A stretch of DNA of 34,816 nt from a virus (Duplodnaviria; Caudoviricetes). The DNA is taken from positions 1 through 34,816 of the IMG/VR virus record IMGVR_UViG_3300020410_001011; one strand, 5' to 3'. The translations under genes and the position numbers were made by a program. Shown in pieces: positions 16,035 through 25,556 of the stretch. Position 1 is the first letter of the stretch; each line of letters begins with the position of its first letter. Below the pieces are notes generated by a model. The model made no database searches and had not been told where the DNA came from. It was given only the letters and a program-made list of their open reading frames with translations.

Positions 16035-17327
16035 TTATTTGTATTTTCTATCTACCTCAAAGAAGTAATCAAACAGATTGTCGGGAGCTTGAAGTCCACC
16101 AATAGCTGTATAGACAGCGAGTCCTTGTTTTGCTCCAGCATAAATACCTCTGTGAACAGTGGAACCGCCGCCCATCATGCGACTAAGCTGCTCGAATCCA
16201 TGTTCTAGACTAGACTGAGGTATATTGTCAAGAGAATTCTTATCTCCGATGATTACGCAAGCCGCCACGTTTCCTGTAGAAGCATCAACGCCAGCTAAGA
16301 TATTCTTTCTAAGATTATCTCTAACCGCGTATGAGATTCCTGTTTCCGTAGTGTCCTTGATTGGAGTTGCTCCAAACATGATGATGCCAGAGGAAAAGAT
16401 TGTATCTAAATCAGCTTTGTCGAAGGTAGTGTATGCAGATTCCTTGGCGGAAATTTTATTAAACAGATGGAAAATAGAACAAATGCTATTGTTGGCAGTG
16501 CTCCAAAACTGATTTACTGTCAGCTTAGGATATAGCTGTTTAATCTTTTCATTATCAAGAACTACAAGAGGAGAAAGTACGCCAGCTTTTTGAGCGTCAA
16601 TTACTTTGCTAATTGTTTTCTTTGAATTATCTTGAACCTTTATACCTTCCGCTCTAGTTGGCAAAGCTAAAACGCAACCAACTTTTGCATCAGTGTCTTT
16701 AGTTTCTTTGCCCAAGGATTGATTCAAGTCGTGACAGATATCAATTACTCTAGCCACGCCTCCAGCACCTGTGCCGCCGCCAGCGCCAGCGCAAACTAAA
16801 ACTCTTTCATAGCTTGTGCCGAAAGTTCTTTTTAGAAAGTCAAGAATGTCTTCGTACCTAGTCCGAAAAACTTCGTCTGCTGCGTCTGGATTTTTTCCTG
16901 CGCCTCCGTCACCAATTAAAAGTTTATTCTGTTCTGGTATGTTAATTAGAGAAAGGTCTTGTTTCGCTGTGTTGATGACTCCAACTCTACGATAACCTAA
17001 GTTCCAAAATGATTCAGCTAATCTGGAGCCACCTTGACCGACGCCTACAACTGCGAAATTAAACGCTGCGTCATCAAACGTATCCTTAATGGCATCCTCA
17101 ATTGGCTCATCGTCTGGCAAAGGTATATCTGGCAAATCAATGCCCAAGTCATCTACTGCCAAGCTTTCGACAGGTGCTGCGTCAGTGTTCGGATGACGCT
17201 CTTCTTCTGGCGTCTGAGGGGTCGGTTCTGGGGCTTCGCCCGCTGTTAAAGATACTGGAGGTTCCATGCCGGGTAGAGGGGTTGTTTTGTCTTTAGGGTA
17301 ATAATCTGAAATATTTGTATCACTCAT
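16035..17327 (-). CDS. Tubulin/FtsZ-family GTPase with Pro/acidic N-terminal extension
   Basis: VGVGQGGSRLAE, INT, GAGKNP, tubulin signature GAGGGTGAG, LPTRAEG, VLDNE and T7-like FDKADL. Confidence 0.92.
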   Translation of the reverse strand: MSDTNISDYYPKDKTTPLPGMEPPVSLTAGEAPEPTPQTPEEERHPNTDAAPVESLAVDDLGIDLPDIPLPDDEPIEDAIKDTFDDAAFNFAVVGVGQGGSRLAESFWNLGYRRVGVINTAKQDLSLINIPEQNKLLIGDGGAGKNPDAADEVFRTRYEDILDFLKRTFGTSYERVLVCAGAGGGTGAGGVARVIDICHDLNQSLGKETKDTDAKVGCVLALPTRAEGIKVQDNSKKTISKVIDAQKAGVLSPLVVLDNEKIKQLYPKLTVNQFWSTANNSICSIFHLFNKISAKESAYTTFDKADLDTIFSSGIIMFGATPIKDTTETGISYAVRDNLRKNILAGVDASTGNVAACVIIGDKNSLDNIPQSSLEHGFEQLSRMMGGGSTVHRGIYAGAKQGLAVYTAIGGLQAPDNLFDYFFEVDRKYK

Positions 17328-17601
17328 CTTCGTAATCTTCTTCGTCTTCTGAATTGGTTTGGATTCTAGATGTAATATTTTCGAGAAAGCTTTCTCTAGA
17401 AATTTCTTCCATGGCCTCGGACCAATTCTTAATAAAATACTGTAGAGACATTGCGTTTAAGTCGTCAGATATCTGTGCGTGGACTTGAGGTTTAGCTTTT
17501 TCGTCAAAACTAAACAATACATAGCCACCGTATGACATCTCACTTATATCGTCCAGTACCTTTTGAGGCATACTTCCGTACTGTACTTCTTTGCTCATCA
17601 T
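17320..17601 (-). CDS. Hypothetical protein with acidic tail (93 aa)
   Basis: Overlaps the tubulin start by 8 nt; preceded by AT-rich GTGTAATATATT. Confidence 0.7.
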   Translation of the reverse strand: MMSKEVQYGSMPQKVLDDISEMSYGGYVLFSFDEKAKPQVHAQISDDLNAMSLQYFIKNWSEAMEEISRESFLENITSRIQTNSEDEEDYEDE

Positions 17602-17619
17602 AATATATTACACGCAGTA

Positions 17620-18036
17620 TTAAATGTCTACTCCAAAAGTGTCAAAAATATAAGATCTACTTAAACTTTTGATATCTTTAGTTTCTATTTCAAGGACTTT
17701 AAACTCGTTCATTTCCAGCCAGTTTATTTTTTTCATGTCTCTTTTTATGGAGGCTAAATACTTATCTCTTGAGCCACCATGGAAAAATTTGTTGTATTGA
17801 TTATGTTGATCACCTTGTACTTCGACGGCTATTTTGCGAGTAAAATTTATTAAGTCTACTTTAAGTCTTGTGCCGAAAACAGGGAACTCTTCATAGCAAA
17901 TATGGTTTTCCCAGTAATCTTTAAAAAAGTTTTTGACTTCAAATTGGATTTTTGATCGACAAGATTTTTCCCAATCAATTCTATATTTGACCACATTTTT
18001 ACTTACAAGTCTTCCGTTGATGTTGTAAAGCCTCAC
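17620..18036 (-). CDS. DUF559/Vsr-like endonuclease
   Basis: EEFPV...KVDL...IAVEVQGDQH...RDMKK..W...LEI. Confidence 0.75.
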   Translation of the reverse strand: MRLYNINGRLVSKNVVKYRIDWEKSCRSKIQFEVKNFFKDYWENHICYEEFPVFGTRLKVDLINFTRKIAVEVQGDQHNQYNKFFHGGSRDKYLASIKRDMKKINWLEMNEFKVLEIETKDIKSLSRSYIFDTFGVDI

Positions 18037-19124
18037 GCCAAAGTTAAAGTCTTCTTGAGTTTTCTGAACAAATAACTAGTGAGTTCTGGATTTTCTTCAA
18101 GGTAAGCTGTAAAAGCATCTTCTCCTTGAATCTTTTCGGGAATCTCAAGTTTGTTTTGCTTTAATTCGTCAATTAGTTTTTGATTAACGGTAATCCAAGA
18201 GCCAGCTTTCTCCACAAAGCCCCACTTGACTAATGAGTCAAAAACTTCGTATTCAATCCAAACGCTTTTACCTCCGGTTCTGCCGTATCTGATTGGATAC
18301 TTTATTTCAGCGCCAGTAGTTTCATTTGGAGTTTTTCTAAATATGATCTTGCACCAGTGACCGTCCGGATTTCCATCTTTAGAATTTTTGGAAGTTATTT
18401 GATCAGCTTTGTGCCTCTTTTGAAACTCAAATATCCAGTCAGAAAAGTGAAGCAGGGCATTGCCTCCTGTGGCGTTTGTAAGCTTTGGGTCTCCTTTGTC
18501 GTAAGGATTAACGCTTACAGTGCTTCTGACTTGAGAAATCATAAAGCAGATGTGGCCTCTAGTGCTAATTGGCAGAGCCATTCTCTTTAGAAAATTAGAA
18601 CTCAGAACTGCGCCTCCAGCAACTTTGGTAGCTTCTGCATAAGACCGGTCAATATCGCCAGAAGGAATCAGAGAGTCCATTGAATCTATAATGAAGAAAT
18701 ACTTCTTCTCCGTTGGATTGTCCTTGATGAGAGTCGTGACAAAATCAATAACCGTCTCAAAGATATTAGATTTAAAAACAAACCATTTGTCCTCAGAAGT
18801 ATCTATTCCAGACCTTTCAATCATTTCTTGTGATAGCCTTCCTTCAGACTTGACATAAATGACCATTGAATTCTTTACAGAATCTTGGAAATTGCGTGCA
18901 AACGAAAGCGAGCAGGAAGTTTTTCCTCCTTCGGAGACACCACTCGCTCTAATGATCGAAGGGCGTAACCCTCCAGCCATAGCTATGTCTAACAACAGAC
19001 TGCCGCTGGAGACTGTGTAATTTGCCTCTGTCTCAAAGTTGTAATGCTCATGCTTGTGGTCTTTGAGGTATTGTTTAATTTGCCCGATTGGGTCTAACGT
19101 ATCAGTTCTTTTCTTCGCTGCCAT
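18033..19124 (-). CDS. recA: RecA/UvsX-like recombinase
   Basis: SSGSLLLDIAMAGGL, Walker A GVSEGGKT, IIDS, ISQVR, TGGNALLHFS, VEKAGSW. Confidence 0.92.
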   Translation of the reverse strand: MAAKKRTDTLDPIGQIKQYLKDHKHEHYNFETEANYTVSSGSLLLDIAMAGGLRPSIIRASGVSEGGKTSCSLSFARNFQDSVKNSMVIYVKSEGRLSQEMIERSGIDTSEDKWFVFKSNIFETVIDFVTTLIKDNPTEKKYFFIIDSMDSLIPSGDIDRSYAEATKVAGGAVLSSNFLKRMALPISTRGHICFMISQVRSTVSVNPYDKGDPKLTNATGGNALLHFSDWIFEFQKRHKADQITSKNSKDGNPDGHWCKIIFRKTPNETTGAEIKYPIRYGRTGGKSVWIEYEVFDSLVKWGFVEKAGSWITVNQKLIDELKQNKLEIPEKIQGEDAFTAYLEENPELTSYLFRKLKKTLTLA

Positions 19125-19479
19125 CTCTTAAAAAATCTAGTAAGCTCTTTTTAGTGTTTTTTGTCTTCTTAGCTCTGCCAATCCGTTTACTTGACAGAGT
19201 ATGCTGTTCTTCTGGACGCAAGTCAAGCGTATATTCGTTCCATTGAGTGATTAGGAAACGCTTTCCGTTGGGAGAGAGAAACCAGATTAACGATTCTAGG
19301 TTGTCGAACGGTATTGAAGCTCTAACCCAAAACTTTTTGTCTGGATAAGCGTTTAACAGCTTCTTCGCCGTAGCTATCTCTCTTTTTGTAGCTTCTCTGT
19401 CTGACCAAATGGTCTTGGAATTGCCTATGAATTTCTCAATTATGTATTGGTAAATCGTTAGCTTTTTTCTTTTCGGCAT
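19102..19479 (-). CDS. Basic hypothetical protein (125 aa)
   Basis: ORF overlapping both neighbours; co-oriented. Confidence 0.65.
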   Translation of the reverse strand: MPKRKKLTIYQYIIEKFIGNSKTIWSDREATKREIATAKKLLNAYPDKKFWVRASIPFDNLESLIWFLSPNGKRFLITQWNEYTLDLRPEEQHTLSSKRIGRAKKTKNTKKSLLDFLRDGSEEKN

Positions 19480-20501
19480 ATAGCTAAATCATTATCTACC
19501 ATACTTTCTACCAATTTGTCAAATGAAATCTCAGGTTTCCAGCCAAGCTCCTCTCTAGCGGGCGTAGAGTCGCCATGTAAAAGATCTACTTCTGCTGGCC
19601 TGTAAAATTTTTCATTTATCTCGGCCAAAACAGTATTCTCTTGAAAAACTCTAAACTTCTCATTCATGCCTTCACCGCTCCAGAGCCCCGGTACATCTGC
19701 ATGGCTAAAAGCTCTTTGAACAAAATCTCTCACGGAATGAGTTTCGTTGCTTGATAAAACATAGTCTTTTGGTTTCTCTTGATTCATCATCAACCAAACT
19801 CCTCTCATAAAATCTTTGCTGTCGCTCCAATCTCTTTTAGAGTCAATATTTCCTAACTGCAATGGCTCGAAGGGTAGGTTGTTGTCTAATGAATATTTTA
19901 TTTCGGCAACCTTTTTAGTAATTTTTCTAGTAACAAACTCTTCGCCTCTTCTTGTGCCTTCGTGATTAAATAAAATAGAATGAACCGCATACAAATCATA
20001 TGACTCACGATAAACTTTTACCATATGTCTAGCGGCAGCTTTAGAGGCTCCGTATGGACTCCTAGGTTTAATTGGATGCTTAATATCTTGCGGGCTATAA
20101 TCTACGTTGCCGAGTTCTTCTGAAGAGCCTGCGCTGTAAAAGCGGCAGTCAGGTTTAAATTTCCTAATAGCTTCAAGACATCTAACGACTCCGCCTGTAT
20201 TGACGTCGAGGACACTTAAAGGCACGTCCCAGCTAACACCTACAAAAGAGTTGGCTCCAAAGTTAAGTAGATAGTCAGGCTGTAGCTTTTTGACTAAACT
20301 ATCAATACTTGCACTGTCTGATAAGTCTCCGTCCACTAGTTCAAAATTTTTACTATCTCTAAATTCTTTAATGTTAGTATAGTTCGGCGAACCAGATCTC
20401 CTCATCATACCATAGATATGGACGTCTCCCTGTTCTAAAAGAAGCTCTGCCATATTTGCTCCGTCTTGACCTAAAATGCCTGTAATTAATACTTTTTTCA
20501 T
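19458..20501 (-). CDS. gmd: GDP-mannose 4,6-dehydratase
   Basis: ITGILGQDG, ANSFV, SSEE, PRSPYGASK, ILFNHEG..RGEEFVTRKIT, LGNIDSKRDW, YRPAEVDLLHGD. Start placed at the MKKVL ATG (ATGA overlap). Confidence 0.95.
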   Translation of the reverse strand: MKKVLITGILGQDGANMAELLLEQGDVHIYGMMRRSGSPNYTNIKEFRDSKNFELVDGDLSDSASIDSLVKKLQPDYLLNFGANSFVGVSWDVPLSVLDVNTGGVVRCLEAIRKFKPDCRFYSAGSSEELGNVDYSPQDIKHPIKPRSPYGASKAAARHMVKVYRESYDLYAVHSILFNHEGTRRGEEFVTRKITKKVAEIKYSLDNNLPFEPLQLGNIDSKRDWSDSKDFMRGVWLMMNQEKPKDYVLSSNETHSVRDFVQRAFSHADVPGLWSGEGMNEKFRVFQENTVLAEINEKFYRPAEVDLLHGDSTPAREELGWKPEISFDKLVESMVDNDLAICRKEKS

Positions 20502-21064
20502 TCTAAAATACTTTTCTTCGTAAACCTGTAAAGACACTCGTACTGCCTGACAGCTTTTTCTAAGGTAGGGACCATATTGTCTGGCAAGTCTTTAAATTTA
20601 AAAAACTTAACGTCCAGACTTTCGTCACTCTTCTTTATATTATAGCTAGTAGGGTAGCCAATCATAAAAATATCTACGACCTGCTGCATGTAGTCATCTT
20701 CTAAATAATGACGTAAAGTTCCAGATTTTGGGTCCGAGTAAACACAAAACAAATCATCTAGCACCACATCTATATTAGTCTCTTCTTTAACTTCTCTTTC
20801 GATACACTCTGTTATTGTTTCGCCGGGGTCTAGCCTGCCTCCCGGCACGCACCACATTTCACAATCAGCTCTAAGCTCTAGCAATATTTCTTGCTCTGGA
20901 AAAGGTAGCGCGTACTCTTTTATGTAGCATTGAGCAAACTGTTCTTTCGTCGGAGGGTTTATTGCGTGGATATCTCTATACCCTTTAATAATTAAAGCGC
21001 CAAGCCCTAGGCTGACTTTACACTCCTTGTCTATCTTGTCTAAAAATTTAAGTCTATCCTTCAC
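20498..21064 (-). CDS. NUDIX hydrolase
   Basis: Nudix box GGRLDPGETITECIEREVKEETNI. Confidence 0.9.
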   Translation of the reverse strand: MKDRLKFLDKIDKECKVSLGLGALIIKGYRDIHAINPPTKEQFAQCYIKEYALPFPEQEILLELRADCEMWCVPGGRLDPGETITECIEREVKEETNIDVVLDDLFCVYSDPKSGTLRHYLEDDYMQQVVDIFMIGYPTSYNIKKSDESLDVKFFKFKDLPDNMVPTLEKAVRQYECLYRFTKKSILE

Positions 21065-21819
21065 CAGTAAAAAGTTTTAATTTTAGATAACGACACAACG
21101 CCTTTCTGACTAACAGCTTCTGTCGCGCATTGATTAGCAAATTCTATAGACTTGTCTATTTCTTTTGTGTGGATATAAGTAGAAACTAAGCCTGCTAAAA
21201 AAGTATCTCCAGCCCCAGAAACATCCTTCACCTCCACTTCTGGGACTGGATAGACTTTACCTTTATGCTCGCATCCTTCACTACCCAAAGTCTTGACAAG
21301 CTTGTCGTTAAATATTTTTTTCTCAAATATATATTTCGATTTATTGTACTCTAATTCGTTTATTTTAATAAAAGATATGTTCTCGGCCCATTCTCCTATT
21401 TGTTTTTTTGTATCAAGAAAAGTTAGATTATGTATTTTAGAAATAGCATCAATATCATCTTCTTTTAAAAAGCCTTTATCGTAGTCCGATATTACTACTG
21501 CATCGTAACTGGAGAAACTAATTGTGTTAAGTTTGATTCTGTTAAACTTGCCGCAGCTATCAAATCTAAAAAACATTTGATTAGTTTTTGTGTCTACATA
21601 TCTAGTCTTTTTAATAGCTCTCCAATTTGAATTAGTTTCTATCTCGCATTCTATTCCAAGAGACTTAATATTTCGATAAGCGTTATAGGCCATACCCGGA
21701 CTTTTCTGCTCGTATTGATAATCTAAAACAGGCACGGGCGCCTCTGGGGCAAGCCTGCTACAGTTGCAGTAGCAGAATACATCCTGACAGCTATCGCCTA
21801 TGACCAATACTTTTTTCAA
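21061..21819 (-). CDS. PfkB-family sugar kinase, HldE/RfaE domain I-like (heptose-7-phosphate kinase)
   Basis: VIGD...RLAPEAPVPV, ISDYDKG, DVSGAGDTF. Confidence 0.88.
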   Translation of the reverse strand: MKKVLVIGDSCQDVFCYCNCSRLAPEAPVPVLDYQYEQKSPGMAYNAYRNIKSLGIECEIETNSNWRAIKKTRYVDTKTNQMFFRFDSCGKFNRIKLNTISFSSYDAVVISDYDKGFLKEDDIDAISKIHNLTFLDTKKQIGEWAENISFIKINELEYNKSKYIFEKKIFNDKLVKTLGSEGCEHKGKVYPVPEVEVKDVSGAGDTFLAGLVSTYIHTKEIDKSIEFANQCATEAVSQKGVVSLSKIKTFYW

Positions 21820-22643
21820 GAGAACTTATCTACTAGGTCTGAATGTGAAATTTTTCTTAAGTTAGTAACATTGCTTTGCGGAGAAACATTAAAAACTCTA
21901 TTATAGTATTCTCCTTTGTCACACAGGGGCCAAAAATTTTTATTGAATTTTTTTGTGTCCTCTATAACTCCGGCTATATCAGTGCCTCCGTTTCCTAGGT
22001 AATCACTTTGCTCGCTTTTGAAGTAATCATCTCCTTCGATTGGACCGCCATCAAAACCAAATATATATATGTCGCTCACCTCAAGATAAAATAAAAAACT
22101 TAAAGCCGCGGCCATTGTGCATGGACATTTGGAGTTATTATGGAATATAGAACTATCTCCGTAAATTCTTGAGTGTGACCTATAGTGGCTTATATTGTCA
22201 CAAAAATCTTTAATGTTGTTTTTTTGATCTGTAGAAATGTGCGAAAGTCTATGAAGATCTATCTGCTCTTCGCTGCTTGGGTGATCTTGAGACCAAAAGT
22301 AATACGGCTCTTTATATTCGTGAGAGCTTGGGCCAACATGTCTAATAATCCATGCGGTTTCATTCTCTCTTTTTATAAAATCTGTAGTTTCTTTAATTGA
22401 TGGCAGATAGCATCTAAAGTCTGACCTGAACAATATGTCATATCCCGGTTCGGGAACGAGCTCTTCCGAAAGTTCAAATCTTCCTATGCATACATAGCAT
22501 ATATCTTTATTTTTGAAAAATTCTTTATATTCAGAAAACTTTTGTACAGTTGGGCCTTGGGCAAAAAGAAATACCGGCCTATTATTTATGATAGACTTTA
22601 GAGCTTGCTGGGATGGTTCATCGTTTTGGACTTCTCTAATCAT
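21816..22643 (-). CDS. Maf/DUF115-like (sialyltransferase-like fold) putative sugar transferase
   Basis: VFLFAQGPT...AALSFLFYLEVSDIYIFGFDG...VFNVSPQS pattern. Confidence 0.5.
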   Translation of the reverse strand: MIREVQNDEPSQQALKSIINNRPVFLFAQGPTVQKFSEYKEFFKNKDICYVCIGRFELSEELVPEPGYDILFRSDFRCYLPSIKETTDFIKRENETAWIIRHVGPSSHEYKEPYYFWSQDHPSSEEQIDLHRLSHISTDQKNNIKDFCDNISHYRSHSRIYGDSSIFHNNSKCPCTMAAALSFLFYLEVSDIYIFGFDGGPIEGDDYFKSEQSDYLGNGGTDIAGVIEDTKKFNKNFWPLCDKGEYYNRVFNVSPQSNVTNLRKISHSDLVDKFS

Positions 22644-23284
22644 TTTGAGGCATACGGAGTAAGATTGTCATAATTGCACTTTAGCTTTCTCCTTCTATCT
22701 TTTTCATCATCAATCTGCGGGCAGCAATCTCCGTTGCTTTCCACTAATTGATAGAACATCATAAGAGAAAGTATTTCTGCCGTATGAAAATTCTTAACAC
22801 CAAAAATACAATCATCCACTAAGTCATCATAAGGTCTTCTGTCATTGTTCCTTAAGTTCTCTGGAGCAACGCCAGCCACCATGAAGCTTGGGACATTTTT
22901 TGAGCAAGACCAGTTTAAGGCTCCGCAAATGTTTTTTGAAGTTCCAGTAGAAGAAAGGCCAATTACCATTCCATTGTCTTCATTAAAGACTTTTTTATCG
23001 TACAAATTCTTTAACCAATTCAAGAATAAATCTTCATAGCCGTTATCATTAGCTGAAGACGTTATGTATGTAGGATTGTCAAAAGAGATGACATTCTTTG
23101 ACGTAAGCCTAGAGCAGTCAGCCGCGCCATGTTGAGCGACAGCATAGTTTCCTCCGTTGCCCAGTATTAGAATGTTCTGTCTTTCAGAAAAAGTCTTAGC
23201 GAGCTTTTGGTATGGCGCATCAGATACAAAATCTTGAAACTTTTTTTCGATCCCTTCTAAATCAAGTATTTTATTTGACTCCAT
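22640..23284 (-). CDS. SIS-domain phosphoheptose isomerase (GmhA-like)
   Basis: ILILGNGGNYAVAQHGAAD, ANDNGYEDLF, IGLSSTGTSKNI. Confidence 0.82.
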   Translation of the reverse strand: MESNKILDLEGIEKKFQDFVSDAPYQKLAKTFSERQNILILGNGGNYAVAQHGAADCSRLTSKNVISFDNPTYITSSANDNGYEDLFLNWLKNLYDKKVFNEDNGMVIGLSSTGTSKNICGALNWSCSKNVPSFMVAGVAPENLRNNDRRPYDDLVDDCIFGVKNFHTAEILSLMMFYQLVESNGDCCPQIDDEKDRRRKLKCNYDNLTPYASK

Positions 23285-23290
23285 TGCAAT

Positions 23291-24439
23291 TTATATTATA
23301 GCGGAACTTAAACAGTGTTCAAATTTTTCTTTAAATATATCAACTTCTTTTTGGGAGATAGAAATGTTAGGTCTAAGTCTAATTGATTTATCTCCTGTGG
23401 CATTTACTAAGACTTGACTCGAAAAGAGTTCGTCGCAAAGGTTATTTCTGGTTTCGCTTGTGGGCAAATCGACACAAATTATGCCTCCTATCCCTCTGGC
23501 TTCCAAACCCAAAGACTTTAAAAAATTAAGTATCGAAAGACCTTTTTCTTTTATGTTCTCTAAAAGATTATATTTTTTGATAGCCTCTATGATGTATTTA
23601 CATCTTATAGCGTCATTGACATCTCCGTCCCAAGTGCACGACAAGGTTCTGTCGTTCTCGTAGAAAAAATCATTAAACGCTACTCCAGACACCTGAGCCT
23701 TTTTCCCAAAAACTAGTATATCTGGAACGAATTCAAAATTTTTATAGTACCAAACTTTTCCAGAAGCGCAAAATCCAGTTTGGACTTCATCAAAAATTAC
23801 TTTTATATTTTTACTCCTACAGTAAGCGAATAATTCATTTATGAAATTAGACTCCAAATACTTATCGCCAAACGTGCATTGTATTGGTTCTACGATGACA
23901 GCGCAAATATCTCTAGTTTTGCCAAAACCAAGCTTTTGAATTTTTTTTAGATCATCTAAATTGCTTATAGAGAATATATTCTCTTGTTCAGGCAAGAAGT
24001 CTAACCTTTTATTTATCCCTTTGAATCTGGTAGTTAGTGAATCAGCTCTGCCGTAAATTCCATGGAAAGAATTCTTTATTACAGCAATATTTTTAAATCC
24101 GCACTTTTTATATATTAATTTTATTGCTGCCTCTACGCCCAAGGCTCCAGTATTAGTATAGTGTCTATGGGCATAATCTTGTAATGCAAAATCTTTAAAT
24201 TCTTTATCGAAAGCTTCAAAGGAATAATTTTCAAACGACTCTTTAGAAAACTTAACTGTAGCGTTATCTAGTATTTCTTTTTTAAATCTATCACCAAATA
24301 TTCCATGTCCGTATCCAATTGGTACGGATGAAAACATGTTAAATAAATCTAAATAATTTTTGCCGCTTTTTGCGTCGTAAAGAAAAGATCCTTTGCTTTT
24401 AGAAAAGTCAGCTAATATATCAAACTTGGCCATCTCCAA
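23291..24439 (-). CDS. Class III PLP aminotransferase, L-lysine 6-transaminase-like
   Basis: SKGSFLYD...YLDLFNMFSSVPIGY, TGALGVEAAIK, FHG, EPIQ, FDEVQTG, FGKKAQV, IRLRP. Confidence 0.85.
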   Translation of the reverse strand: MEMAKFDILADFSKSKGSFLYDAKSGKNYLDLFNMFSSVPIGYGHGIFGDRFKKEILDNATVKFSKESFENYSFEAFDKEFKDFALQDYAHRHYTNTGALGVEAAIKLIYKKCGFKNIAVIKNSFHGIYGRADSLTTRFKGINKRLDFLPEQENIFSISNLDDLKKIQKLGFGKTRDICAVIVEPIQCTFGDKYLESNFINELFAYCRSKNIKVIFDEVQTGFCASGKVWYYKNFEFVPDILVFGKKAQVSGVAFNDFFYENDRTLSCTWDGDVNDAIRCKYIIEAIKKYNLLENIKEKGLSILNFLKSLGLEARGIGGIICVDLPTSETRNNLCDELFSSQVLVNATGDKSIRLRPNISISQKEVDIFKEKFEHCLSSAII

Positions 24440-25556
24440 TGTATATGTGCTCTACGTCTTCTCTGCTGACAGCGAACCTTATAGACTGACCTTCTCCGGA
24501 AGCAGTAATTTTGTGCTTCTTGTCTCTTTCTATTAAGACTACATCTCCCTGTTTGATCTTAAGCGTTCTGCCTTCTACCCACCAGTCCCACTCTCCTTTG
24601 ACAATGTACCACCATTCGTCCCAATCAGAATGGTAATGCATTCTATTTCCTTCTCCCGGCATTTGGGCTATTAATGTAGCAGAGTTAGATTTGGTATTTA
24701 TAACAGTATGAGACCAGCACTTATCATCTGGATTCTTGGAAATAATTTCATTAATTTTAGTTATTTCCTTGTTGTACTCATACATAGTATTATTATCTAC
24801 GCCGTCTTCTATTAATATCCTAAGTCTGTCAGAATCAAAAACTTCTCCGTCGTCCAAATATTTAACAGGATATTTATTCCCAAGTTTTATATGTCTAGCT
24901 ATAGTTTCAGCTAATTGAAAATCTTCTTCATTATCAATGTCTACAGTAGAGTAGCCCTTGAGAGTAAATGTGCCTATTTTCCCATTTGCCCCGTGGTAAG
25001 CGGCGTCGTACTTTTTGTAATTTTCAACATAACTATCTTTGGTCCAAGCCATTAGTGAGCAGGCGTAAGATTTAACAGGCTCTAAATCTTGTGATCTTGG
25101 AGTGATATTTGTTTTATCGAAGTTTATTGGCTCATTATTATAAAGACATTCAATTTGGTTATCGCAAACAGAGATTAAAGTGTCATAGTCGTTATCTACC
25201 ATGTCCTTGGCAAACAAATTTATTTCTTCGCTTGTTATGAATGGAGAAGTGGGCAATATTTGAACTAATACATCAGCGTCTACATTTTCCAAAAAATCTA
25301 AAGCAAAGTGATCATTAGTAGAATCATCAGAAGAGAGATGCTCTGGTCTTTTATAAAACTTAATGCCGCATTTTTCAGCGATAGAGGATAGCTCTTCAGA
25401 TTCAGAGTTTAAATATATCTCATCGAAACAATCAGCTTTAACCGCAGCTTCTAAGCAGTACTGAACCAAGGGCTTGTTGTTTAACAGCCTTATGTTCTTC
25501 TTGGGTATTCTTTTGCTTCCCAGCCTAGCTGGGATCATAGCTACAATTTTTTTCAT
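24420..25556 (-). CDS. CMP-nonulosonate synthetase (NeuA-like cytidylyltransferase) fused to a cupin domain
   Basis: IPARLGSKRIPKKN, PTSPF, DIDNEEDF; C-terminal HYHSDWDEWW...H cupin motif. Confidence 0.88.
   Translation of the reverse strand: MKKIVAMIPARLGSKRIPKKNIRLLNNKPLVQYCLEAAVKADCFDEIYLNSESEELSSIAEKCGIKFYKRPEHLSSDDSTNDHFALDFLENVDADVLVQILPTSPFITSEEINLFAKDMVDNDYDTLISVCDNQIECLYNNEPINFDKTNITPRSQDLEPVKSYACSLMAWTKDSYVENYKKYDAAYHGANGKIGTFTLKGYSTVDIDNEEDFQLAETIARHIKLGNKYPVKYLDDGEVFDSDRLRILIEDGVDNNTMYEYNKEITKINEIISKNPDDKCWSHTVINTKSNSATLIAQMPGEGNRMHYHSDWDEWWYIVKGEWDWWVEGRTLKIKQGDVVLIERDKKHKITASGEGQSIRFAVSREDVEHIYIGDGQV

Noticed and set aside
16035-19124. Bacterial chromosome origin (ftsZ, recA, dnaB, dnaE present)
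   Set aside because: The genes are highly divergent, clustered in one phage-style replication module without dcw or other housekeeping context, and accompanied by rIIA.
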